DNA of 64,000 nt from NCBI GenBank assembly GCA_051362555.1, contig CM120649.1, forward strand, positions 18,490,567 through 18,554,566, given 5' to 3'. Shown here piece by piece: positions 12,670 to 25,563 of this stretch. The position numbers and the translations under genes were made by a program. The DNA is from Lingula anatina. Its lineage: Eukaryota > Animalia > Brachiopoda. The number at the start of each line of letters is the position of its first letter. Position 1 is the first letter of the stretch. A model generated the notes under the pieces. That model was given only the letters and a program-made list of their open reading frames with translations. It searched no databases and was not told the DNA's origin.

Positions 12670-13219
12670 CCCCCTAGGCTATTTGTAGTTATATACAGCA
12701 GTATCTTCCTAGAATGTTTTAAGACTTCCACTCTCATTTCAGATGAAGAGTCACTCTCAAGCAACATACAAGTCACCCCTTGTACTGCTAAATCTGGTAA
12801 AAAAATGATGTAAAGTATAAATTATATTTTCAACTCCAGATATACATGTACATGCATATCACTGGAACTTACTAAAAGGGATAATAACTCTTCGTATGAA
12901 AACTGGAACTTAGTTAATGAATTCTATTAAAATTAATATGATTATACAAAATAATTGATCTGTAGAATGTGCTTCTTATTGAGAAGTAAGTACATGTAAT
13001 GTAATTTACATTCAACAATATGACCTGCCTCCATCATCTATGCTATTAGAAAATAATTTCTTTACTGTAACTTTATTGTCACATGTTGAATGGCCATAAA
13101 ACATTTCTTAGTTCCAAGTATTAAAATGAGTTGTACTCGTCTCCACAAACCTTGAGATAGTTGTTCTACTTTCATTTCATCTCTTTTGTCATAAAAAATG
13201 GACACATCATATTCTTCCC
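12670..13219 (-). CDS. TIR module 4, exons A4 and B4 (C exon not found in the window)
   Basis: GEEYDVSIFYDKRDEMKVEQLSQ|DLAVQGVTCMLLESDSSSEMRVEVLKHSRKILLYITTNSLG; canonical AG/GT sites. Confidence 0.8.
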
Positions 13220-16200
13220 CTGGAAATACACATTGTCAAATTATTTACTTATTATACTCATCTTGCACAAAATTTGATTGACAGATGTAACCAAGATCCC
13301 ATTTGCTCTCAGCAGATAATCACAAAAGTCCACCAGATCTTAATTATGCCAGTTCCAATTCATTCACAATAAAGATATCACTACATTAAAACAAGCATTG
13401 TTTGACTTTTTAATCACAAAATATTCAAAATATTTTAGTGATTAATTACAAGTCAGATATTCCCATAGTTTTTAAATGTTTTATTCATCTCCTCAATAGT
13501 ATATTTTCTGGTGGAACATCCCACCCTTTCAACAGCAACTTTGCCTGTGGTGTTTACATTTGGTGGTACAATCAATGTGGAAAAAAACTAGTCAATATAT
13601 CAGTGATATCAAACTATCAAATTCAGGGTAACAATTGAGTAAAAGTATGGTAAGCTGACAGAGACAGTTACTGTAATAAACAGTATTTTAATACTCAGAG
13701 AGATTACCTTTGATCCTCATTGACAAATGTTTCAAAAATCCTTCCTCTCTGCTATCTATGGGTATCAAATGTCTCAAGGGTAAAAGTAATTTTCTCAGTT
13801 CTTCACTGGTGATGTCTCTATACACATGGATGACTTCTTTTTTCTGTGACATTGCTTCATGCTTTATCCTTTCTGCTTCATACCTCCAAAAAGGACTAAA
13901 ATAAAGGACCATAATTTATGTGAATTTTGCCAAATTAAATGATGTAGGAAAGAAAGACATTTTCAGAATTCATTGACAAAAGGAAAGAATTGACATAGAA
14001 AAAGGCAGTTTCAATTAAAATCCATAAATGATGCCAAGTATACACTCTTACAACTTACCACATACTACAAACAATATATTTAAAAAGTTTTTTTCTAAAG
14101 ATAGCATAAGTTTCTTTCAAAAAGCATTCTTATTCTGCAAAAATTGGGCTTGTTCCCCTTTTGGTTCTTCAGTAAACAATAATTTCACAACTATAATTAA
14201 TGGATTAATCTGTGTGTTCTTAATTATCATTTCTAAGGCCCATAAGACTGTTGTTAATGAAATGTCAAGTTATGCATTACTTAAATTAAAAATAAAGTAG
14301 CCAGCTCTCTACCAGTACATATAGCATATGGCAATTTGCACTACACTTAACATTCAAATATAAGGTGTGTAATAGATTCTACCACATCCAGACAGAAATA
14401 ACAAATTTCAACAACACCTAGCTTATACTTACTGTTGCAGGTAATGTGTAGTTATATACAGCAGTACACTCCTGGATTGTTTCCAGGCATACCCAAACAT
14501 ATCCCTTACTCTAAGTCTATGTAGGTCAATTTCAACCAACATACAAGTCACCCCTTGTCCTGCTAAATCTGGGAAAATGTAAAATATATGTTACTATATT
14601 TTCTACTCCAGATATGAATGCATTTCACTGGAACTTACTTAATGCAGTCAATTTTAATTAATAGTTATACAGATTATTTACCCGTAGAATATGCCTCTTA
14701 TTTAGTAGTAAGTAATATAATTAACTTACATTTAACAATATGGCCTGCCTCCAAATTTTTTTGATTGGAAAATGATTTCTATACTATAACTTTATTGTCA
14801 CATGTTGAATGGCCATAAAACATTTCTTAGTTCAAAGTATTTAAATGAGTTATACTAATCTCCACAAACCTTGAGATAGTTTTTCCACCTCCATCTCATC
14901 TCTTTCATCATAAAAAATGGAAACATCATATTCAATATCTTCCCCTGGAAATACACAAGTTATTTACTTATTATACTCATCTTGCACACACTTTGATTGG
15001 CAGATGTAACCAAGATCCCATTTGCTCTCAGCAGATAATCACAAAAGTCTGCTATGGGATGATTCAATATATGAAGACTAGAGTGCTAGCTAGGCCACAA
15101 CCTAAATATGGCAGACCTACAGTACATGAAAGGAAGACTGCTTAATCCTGTAAATGGGCTCTCTGCCTCTCACACTCTTCCCCACACATTGTCTCTGCAG
15201 GGGCACAGTTATTAAATCTCCATATGTCTAAATTAAAAATATGTCAATTCCAATTTATTCACACAAAAGATATCACTACATAAAAACAAATATAGTTTTA
15301 ATTTTAAATAACAAAATATTCAAAATATTTTAGTGATTAATTACAAGGCGGATATACCCAATGTTTTAAAATGTTTTATTTATCTCCTCAATAGTATATT
15401 TTCTGGTGGAGCATCCCACCCTTTCAAACAGCAACTTTGCCTGTTGTGTTTGCAATTGGTGGTACAATCAACAATCAGTGTTAATACAGTAGTGATACCA
15501 AACTATCAAATTCAGAGTGACAAGTACAAGTATGGTAAACTTACAAAGACAGTTACTGATATAGACAAAATTTTTATACCCAGGGATGTTACCTTTGATC
15601 CTCATTGACAAATGTTTCAAAAATCCTTCCTTCTTGCTTTCTATTGGAGTCAAATGTCTCAAGGGCAAAGGTAATTTTCTCTGTTCTTCACTGGTGATGT
15701 CTCCATATACAGGGATGACTTGCTTTTGCTGTAACATTGCTTCATGCATTATCATTCTCACTGCATACCTCCAAAAAGGAATAAAATAAAGGATCATAAT
15801 TTATGTGAATTTTGCCAGGAGGAGAGAAAGACATTTTCAGAATTCATTGACAAAAGGAAAGAATTGACATAGAAAAAGGCAGTTTCAATTAAAATCCATA
15901 AATGATGCCAAGAATACACTCTTAAAACTTACCACATACTGTTACGCCTTCGCGGCCGAGTGCCTTATGAAGGTACAAATAACAATGTACTTACTGGTGT
16001 CTCAGAGTATAAGCACAAAGCCAAATAGCCCAAAGAGATCAGCCCCAAGAGAAGAGCAAAAGAACCAAGAGAGCTGCAAAGTCAGCCGCAAAGAAGCCAA
16101 AGAGGCCGATTTATTTCACGTTACCCCTTATATACTAGTTCAGATAGTACACGTTTACCAATCAGAACCAACTATACAGTGAACAGTTTTACCTTTAAGT

Positions 16201-19200
16201 TACCAATCACGGGAGAGATTCAAACTTGCACACCGGACAACACTTTACTTACAGAGACATCTACCGGTAGCAATATAAAATAATCTCATCTAACACACTA
16301 CATCGTCACACTCTCCCCCCTTTTGACGAACAAAACTCCCCCCTATTATTACAATATAAACCATTACTTTAAATTATTAAACTAACAATTACTACAATTC
16401 AACAAATACAACAACTGAAATCGTAATTTACGTTTAAAGTAAACAAGTAATGCAAATAGTTAATTCTCGTTATACCAAGATTCAACATTTAACTTTAACA
16501 CAAGCAAAGTCAATCAAGTCCATCTCTCAGCATAAATGTCCATCCTTAGGAATGCAAAACAAAGTTTTAAATCCATTATCACTTTAAATCAACTTTAAAA
16601 GCAAACAAAGTGATTTTAACACTAAATTGCTCAAAACAACATTATTAATGATAACAATGTTAATGTGAAATGTCAAATTATTATATAGTTCATTTTTCAT
16701 CCATGTAGCAAAGTAAATTCCATCCGCCTATACCAATGACTACTGAGTTCACGATCCTCTGATGAAAGTTTTTGTAACAGATGGTACAAAGTTCTCCAAT
16801 GAAACAAAGTCAACAAAGAATTCAGAACCTCAGTCTTAGGCTCCATACCATTTCCATAAATGTACATTTTCACAAAATCAATGTCCTCCTTGGAACAGTT
16901 ATCTGGCAACATTATTAGTCCTTCACTTTTCACATAGTCCATCAGTTCCCATATATTTCTCATATTTAATGTCAATATCAGGAAATGTATAAATCCATTC
17001 ACCAACTGGATCCACAGTTTTTCCTCGAATTCACCAGTTCCACACAAATGAACATCACCATGACGTTTACGTAAAAGCGAATTGTCCTTTTCCATCGATC
17101 TGCAATACCAGCACACCAATCCTGGAGTCATATACCATGGCAAATGAACAGATTTCACATGACGTCCAAGATGTCTACTTAGGTCAGCACTGGACACCAG
17201 ACACAAACCACACTGGACTTCTTTCCTCGGTTTCTTCCTTCTGTACTTGGAGTGGGTAACTTCCTCCCCCTCTTCACCAATTAAGACAGTAGGATCTTCC
17301 ACCAGATCAGTGTCATCATAATCCGGGACAAAACATGCTTCATCTAACATGTCTAGATCATCCATATCTGAAATAAACTTATACAATGGTTTATTTTCTT
17401 GAATGAATATACATGATAATGAGCTTTTCTTTCAAATGAATATTAACATATTACATTACGAACATAATTTTACATTATTAACATAGTATTACAGCCTTGC
17501 CGCATTCACTATGTACACATATTATTCAAATAAGACGCAAATTCAAATAAAAAAAAACAAAACTTCATTGACCAAATCTTATGGTACCTTATTTCTTTTC
17601 CCATTTGTAATATAAATCATTATTCAAATAAGACGCAAATTCAAATAAAAAAAAAACAAAACTTCATTGACCAAATCTTATGGTATCTTATTTCTTTTCC
17701 CATTTGTAATATAAATCAGTTATATATATCAATTGCAATTCCACAATTCTTTCACAGCCATACTACACAATACAACTCCGACTCTCTCGGTTCACCATTT
17801 TCTAACCAACACCTTCTCTACTGATTGACTTTCCTAAGAACTCACACTTTGTTTGGACTAGAAAACATTTCTTAGGCTTTAACTTCAAATTGTAAGAACG
17901 CAATCTCTCCAAAACCTCTTTCAAATTCTTAAGATGATCTTCAAAATTCTTTCCCAACACTGTGATATCATCCAGATACACCAACACTTTCTCCCAAGTC
18001 AAACCTCTCAATACTAACTGCATTGCTCTAGAAAAACTTGCAGGAGAATTGGTAAGTCCCATAGCCATTCTCTTATGCTCATACAGACCATACCTGGTGA
18101 TAAAAGCAGTTTTGTTTCTGTCTTTCTCATCAATTTCAATTTGAAAATATCCTTGAGCCATATCAATCAAACTCAAAAATTGATTTCCAGCCAGACAATC
18201 TAAACAATCACCAATGTTTGGGATAGGATAAGAATCTTTGATAGTTTTCTTATTTAATTCCCTATAATCCACACACCATCTAACACTTCCATCTTTCTTT
18301 CTTATCAAAACTGGTGGGGATGCCCATTCAGAATTTGATGGCTGAATAACATCAGAAGCTAACAACTTTTCAAGCATCTTTCTCTCTTCTCCTTCCATTC
18401 CCAATGGAGTTCTACGCAATTTCTGTTTCACAGGAGCTGCACTTCCAGTGTTAATAGTATGCTTAACACCTTTCATGCACCCTAAATCAAGATCATGCTT
18501 TGCAAATACATCTTCATAATCTCTCAAAGTTTCACACAATGCAACCATTTCATTTGAATCAAGCTCCTCACTTGATCTTTCAAATAAATCTTGCAAATGT
18601 TCAGGCAAATCTTTTTTCAAACTTCTCATCACATCTTTTTTATCCACATTTTCACCTACATTCAACTTCATTTCAACTTTATTCACAGCAGACACCCTAG
18701 CTTTTCCATCTACATCTTCACATCTCACTTCAGAATCAACAGTTTCAACTTCTTTAATAACACCTAACACACTACCTGCTTTCAAAACAGCATTTCTTTC
18801 TCCATCATTCACTATCTCTATAGGAACAACATCATCACCTTTAACTAATGCACAAGATACCAACACTTGTCTATCAACACAAGGTTCTATTACATACTCT
18901 TTCTTTTTCTCTAACTCATAATCTGCACAAACAGAAATTCTCATCACCGTCAATGGAGGAACTACTATTCTCTTTTTCGTTCTCACCATATTTTCACAAA
19001 TTTCAACTTCTTTCTCCATTTCATCAACACATTTCTCATCACTTTTAGCTTCTGTCTCACCATTCCATTTACTCAAATCAGAGTCACCTTCAACTTCTAT
19101 GCTTCCTTGCACACATTTTTCTCCAATGATCAATGTTTGATCAACTAAATTCACCACACAATTTCTCTCCTTCAAAAACTTCAATCCCAACAACATATCA

Positions 19201-20555
19201 ATTCCTTCTTGCAAATCTGCAACATACACATTTTCTTTATATTCTATCCCATCTATCTCAATACTCAAATTTTCTACTCTATGACCCATCATAAATGCAT
19301 TTTTTCCAGCAAGCATTAATTTCAGAGTCTCACAAAACTCAGGCAGACCCTGCAATTTACTATAAAATCTTTTATTTACGATAGTAAATTGAGCTGCCGT
19401 ATCCACAACTGCTAATGTTTTCACACCACCTACACTAACAGGAATCACAAAATTTTCTCCTACTAAATCTCCAACATTCATCATTTTCACATTTCCACTA
19501 TCCATAATCCGACCTTCAACATGAAGTAAGGGATCCGAAATCCGGTCGGTCAATTCGTCCCGTTCTAGTTTACCGAATTTCTTGCACCAGGAGGAGGATT
19601 CTTTGGTATTTCTCTATTTTGAGGGCAATTTGTCTGAATGTGACCTCTCTGTCCACATTTATGACAAATCAAAATAGAACTTGGGCTGGCATTTTTATTA
19701 ACATTGGGATTAGGTGGATGTTCTACAATTTCATTCTTACAATCCCTTTGAACATGACCTCTTTCTCCACATTTAAAACATTGTGGTGGACCCCCTCTAC
19801 TTTGATTCATGTTTCCATTCTGGGGTGATTTTACAATTCTACTAGAATTTCTCTGAGAATTTGACGGTGACACCCATGCATCATTCATTCTTTTCATCTG
19901 ATCACACATAGCAGACATGGTTCTTTGCATATTGTAGAGTAATTGGTTTCCACTTCCATTCTCCACACTCTGATCAGACATTCCAACTTGTCTAATATGC
20001 ACATTTCTCCCACCTGTACCATACACTGCTTTGAAGTTATTGTTTGCAACTTTCACAAACTCTAAAGCTTCAAATAAATCTTTAGGCTCTTTATCCATAG
20101 CCAATTTTGCAGATTCTTTGTCACGACACCCTCTCAAAAATGAATCCACAGCTATTCCTTCACCACCTTCTGCATATCCCTCTCTAGATGCCATGAACAC
20201 ACGATGAGAAAAATCTTGCAAAGATTCGCTTTCACCCTGTCTCATTGATTGAAGTGCTCTGCGTGCAGATGAAGCAGACTCTTTCATACTAAAACGTTTT
20301 GACATCACTTCTTTCAAACGTTTATATTTGCAGTTTCCAAACTCCACCGCATACTCAAGAGCTCTGTCTTCCAAACATTCAATCATTCTGCTAGTTTTTC
20401 TTTTATCATTCCATCCATATCTTTTTGCCATTCCTTCAAATTTAAATACAAAAGCTTCCCAATTTTCTCTTCCATTCCCACTAAAACTAGGCATTTTATG
20501 AACAGGTCCTTTTTCTCTTTCAACTAAAGGAACTCTTTTCTGTTCACATTCAGAT

Positions 20556-20593
<38 letters not shown>

Positions 20594-23500
20594 TGCTAGT
20601 TTCAGTATTGGTTTTTTCACAGGGGTTTCCAAACTTTTCTTTTTACTACTTCTAGGTGCAGGTGTGGGTCTACTTTTAATATTTCTAGGAGTCGGCCTTG
20701 GAATTTTTTCTAAATCATGTTGTAAATGCATTCTCTCATACTGAGTTTGCAAATGATTATGACGGGCTGTCATCTCATCCAATTCCAATTTCAAATCCAT
20801 TTTTTCAATTTCACACTTCTGTAAACTTTCTACACGTTTTCTGAACAATTCATTCTGTGTTTCAACCTGTGTATGTAACATCATTTCTTTTATGGAATAC
20901 TCTCGACACTCCTCTTCCATTTCCATTTCTTTTTTTCATCAATACTTGTTTAGTTTTTCCTAACTCACTCTGAATTTTCACATTTCTTTCTTTCAACATA
21001 TCATTTTCAATTTTCAAATCACACTTCTCACTCTCTAAAACATACTTTTCATTTTTCAACACAGATTTCTCATCTTCCAACTTTTTAACCTTAGCATCAT
21101 TCATCTCCAATTCACTTGATAAAAATTCTATCTTTTCTCCAGCCTCTTCAACCTCATCTCGAAGATTTGATATCATTTCATTTTGAACCTTCACTCGCTC
21201 CATCAACTTTCTATACTTTTCTTCCCAATTCACACTCTCTTCCTTTTTCTCATCTCCAACTTTTGAACCTTCATCTTTTTCTTCCATTACACCCAGAATC
21301 ACATTACCCTTCTTTTCCCATTTCTGCCATTCTGCCACACTAATACCAGTAATTTCTTCCAAATCACTCAACAGCAATTTTCCTTTTTGATTTCTCAAAG
21401 ACACCAATCTATGAGCTTTCACTGGACCAATTCCTTTCAAATTTTTCAATTCTGTCTCAGACGCTGTCTGCACATTCAACACAACACTGCTTTCTACATT
21501 ACCCGACGCCATTTTCACTTCTAGTTTCCCACAACCTATTACACAATTTTATTGATAATAGCAATGCAGCTGTGCCACAAAAACTACACAATAAAATACT
21601 TTCACCACTACCACACTTTACTGTTTGAAGAAAGTTTCAGCAAAAAGCCACTACTAAACTTCACAGTAAATACAAACAAATTTCTCACACTATTCAACCT
21701 ACTCACATGTACACCTATGATGAAACACTTTCAACACAGACGAACAAGGTAGAATAGTACTCTATCAATATATGCTATTGCAATATTGATAAAAATATAC
21801 AATAAACAATTCACAATCACTCCTTCATTCAGCAAGTCAGTGAAAAACACAAATTTGAAACCTTTATTTTAAATAAATGCTTTTCTTTGTAAATAAACTC
21901 ACTAAATTATGTTCTGTATTCTAATTACAACATAAGGCTCTACACGCACGGGCCTGTAATTACACGTGGTCTATCTGAATACTACTCAGTACACGTGGTC
22001 TTTCCGACTACTACTCAGTACACGTGGTCCGCAATGTCTCCGCAGCTGTAGCATCACAACAGAAAATTAATACAAAATATCTCTAAACTACTAAAATGAA
22101 TACTAAACTGAAAATATTTACTGAATTGCCGCGAGTATCAAACAACAATGAAAATGAAATATCACTGCTATATATTCCGACTAGTTCGCGTCTTGCAACA
22201 AGTCCCGACTAACACGTGTCACTATCTTTCCAACTCTCACTCAGCCATACACAAAGCTTTTCAAAAATTCCAATATCACTAATAACTACTAATTCTATCC
22301 TCTAACTACACAAGCTACACAAATTCTATCCCGTAAATTGACAACGTTAGCTACACAAATTGAATTCTGTCAATTTAACAACATATGCTACACAAATTGT
22401 ATCCTTTCAATTAATAAGCAACACAAACTCTATCCTGTCGACTGCGCCAATTGTTACGCCTTCGCGGCCGAGTGCCTTATGAAGGTACAAATAACAATGT
22501 ACTTACTGGTGTCTCAGAGTATAAGCACAAAGCCAAATAGCCCAAAGAGATCAGCCCCAAGAGAAGAGCAAAAGAACCAAGAGAGCTGCAAAGTCAGCCG
22601 CAAAGAAGCCAAAGAGGCCGATTTATTTCACGTTACCCCTTATATACTAGTTCAGATAGTACACGTTTACCAATCAGAACCAACTATACAGTGAACAGTT
22701 TTACCTTTAAGTTACCAATCACGGGAGAGATTCAAACTTGCACACCGGACAACACTTTACTTACAGAGACATCTACCGGTAGCAATATAAAATAATCTCA
22801 TCTAACACACTACATCGTCACAATACTACAAACAATATATTTTAAAAAGTTTTTTTCTAAGATAGTATAAGTTTCATTCAAAAAGCATTCTTATTCTGCA
22901 AAAATTGGGCTTGTTCCCCTTTTGGTTCTTCAGTAAACAATAATTTCACAACTATAATTAATGGATTAATCTGTGTGTTCTTAACTATCATTTCTAAGGC
23001 CCATAAGACTGTTGTTAATGAAAAGTCAAGTTATGCATTACTTAAATCAAAAATAAAGTAGCCAGCTCTCTACCATTACATATAGCATATGGCAATTTGC
23101 ACTATACACTTTACATTCAAATATAAGGTGTGTAATGGATTCTACCACATCCAGACAGAAATAACAAATTTCAAAGAGAGACAACACCTACATGTAGCTT
23201 ATACTTACTGTTGAAGGTAATGTGTAGGTTTATACAGCAGTACACTCCTGGATTGTTTCAAGGCATAATAAAACATACCCTTTACTCTCATTCCATGTAG
23301 AGGGTCACTTTCAATCAACATACAAGTCACCCCTTGTCCTGCTAAATCTGGGAAAAATATAAAATATATGTTATATATTCTACTCCAGATACACATGCAT
23401 TTCACTGGAACTTACTTAATATATCTAATTTAAATTAACTAACAATGTTAAATATGTATCATTTATCTATAGAGGGTGCTTAATTCTTATTTACTGGTAC

Positions 23501-25494
23501 ACACAAGTAATATAATTAACTTAAATTCAACAATATGACCTGCCTCCAACATCATCGTGATTGGGAAATAATTTTTATACTATAACTTAACATGTTACGT
23601 GTTGAATGGCCATAAAACTTTTCTTAGTTCAAAGTATTAAAATGAGTTATACTAATCTCAACAAACCCTGAGATAGTTTTTCCACCTCCATCTCGTCTCT
23701 TTTGTCATAAAAAATGGAAACATCATATTCAATATCTTCCCCTGGAAATACACAAGTTATTTACTTATTATACTCATCTTGCACACACTTTGATTGGCAG
23801 ATGTAGCCAAGATCCCATTTGCTCTCAGCAGAAAATCACAAAAGTCCATATGGGACCAGTCAATATATGAAGAGCCGAGTGCTAGCTAGGCTACAACCCT
23901 AATATGGCAGACCTACAGTACATGAAAGGAAGACTGCTTAATCCTGTAATAGGCTCTCTGCCTCTCACACTCTTCCCCACACATTGTCCCTGCAGGGGCA
24001 CAGTTATTAAATCTCCATATGTCTAAATTAATAATATGTCAATTCCAATTTACTCACACAAAAGATATCACTATATAAAAACAAACATAGTTTTACTTTT
24101 AAATAAAATATTCAGAATATTTTATTGATTAATTGCAAGGCAGTTATACCCATAGTTTTATAATGTTTTATTTATCTCCTCAATAGAATATTTTCTAGGG
24201 GAGCATCCCACCCCTACAAACAGCAACTTTGTCTGTAATGTTTGCATTTGGTGGTACAATCAACAATCAATGTGGAAAAACTAGTTAATACAGTAGTGAT
24301 ACCAAACTATCAAATTCAAAATGAAAAGTACATGTATGGTAAACTTACAAAAACAGTTACTGATATAGACAAAATTTTAATACCCAGGGATATTACCTTT
24401 GATCTTTATTGACAAATGTTCCAAAAATCTTTCCTTCTTGCTATCTATTGGAGTCAAATGTCTCAACGGCAAAGGCAAATTTCTCTGTTCTTCACTGGTA
24501 ATGTCTCCATATACAGGGATGACTTGCATTTGCTGTGACATTGCCTCATTAACTATCCTTTCTGTTTCATACCCCGAAAATAGACTAAAATAAAGATCCA
24601 TAATATGAATTTTGCCATATTTTAATTTTGCAGGTAAGTAGTAGTTATAAACAGCAGTACAAAAAAGTAAACAAGGCAGCAAAGCTGTCAAATGTACAGA
24701 CAAAAAACAGAAAATAAAGATGCAAAATAGGCCATTTTGTCAATTTTGATGCAATAATAAATAATGCTTATAATAGCACTGTCAGTCAACACTGAATTTT
24801 AATCATGCACAACAGGTACCATGGTAAATAATAGGAGCGAACACAGAGATATTTTCTGACAGTATTCCAAAGTCTCTATGTTGATCCATCCCCCATTTTT
24901 ATGGTCTTCCAACAGAAAAAAATAGATACCAGTCAACACATAAACTTAATAACCTGACCGTCTTCCGGAAGACCCAGAAGATGGTCTCAATCAATTCAAT
25001 AAGATTACAGTTTCAGGACCATGAGAGTTCAAATTCACATGATGAAAGTCTCAATTTTTGAAAAATGATGACAGTGCATAAAATAATATTACATAATGTT
25101 TAAAGACATAAAAAACAATACAACTGCTTATGTGGAAATACAGAAAATGTGCAGAGCCTGAGGCCGATGAGAGTTAAAAGTCACAAATGCCAGTGTTTGA
25201 AAATTAAAAAGGAAAACATAACAAAACTAGAAAAGCACTCTGAGAGCGCAGACCTCTGCCAAGACAGCAATTGTTGATTATCATTGCTTATTGACTGATT
25301 GATCTGGACCACCACCAAAAACTAATCATTGTCCTCCTTGCCCACTTCCGACAGTTCCTGAAAATTTCATCAAAATCGGTCCATAACTTTTTGGGTTATG
25401 TTGATGACAGACAGGGGTGAAAACATACCCTCCTTGGCAGAGGTAAATATACTAGTAATTCCAATGAAGCTGCTATTCAAACTTTTAATCTTCG

Positions 25495-25563
<69 letters not shown>

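Larger units (their letters stand above)
15940..22822 (-). mobile_element. Young Gypsy/Ty3 LTR retrotransposon, internally deleted (non-autonomous)
   Basis: TG...CA LTRs at 15940-16310 and 22452-22822; TSD ATAC (15936-15939 and 22823-22826); empty paralogous site near 14060; PBS and PPT present; gag, pro, RT and an extra ORF. Confidence 0.96.

Noticed and set aside
12183-12813. Short ORFs of 66-134 aa
   Set aside because: No motifs; the longest is partly the antisense of TIR exon B4.
15967-16182. Identical 71-aa ORF seen twice (also within 22338-22694)
   Set aside because: Antisense frame within the two LTRs, with no recognisable domain.
16697-17386. env gene making this an endogenous retrovirus
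   Set aside because: No signal peptide, furin site/fusion peptide or C-terminal TM anchor.
20862-21518. Bacterial comEA gene (contamination or horizontal transfer)
   Set aside because: It lies inside an LTR element, joins gag across a 1-nt indel and has the same base composition, so it is treated as a Gag domain.
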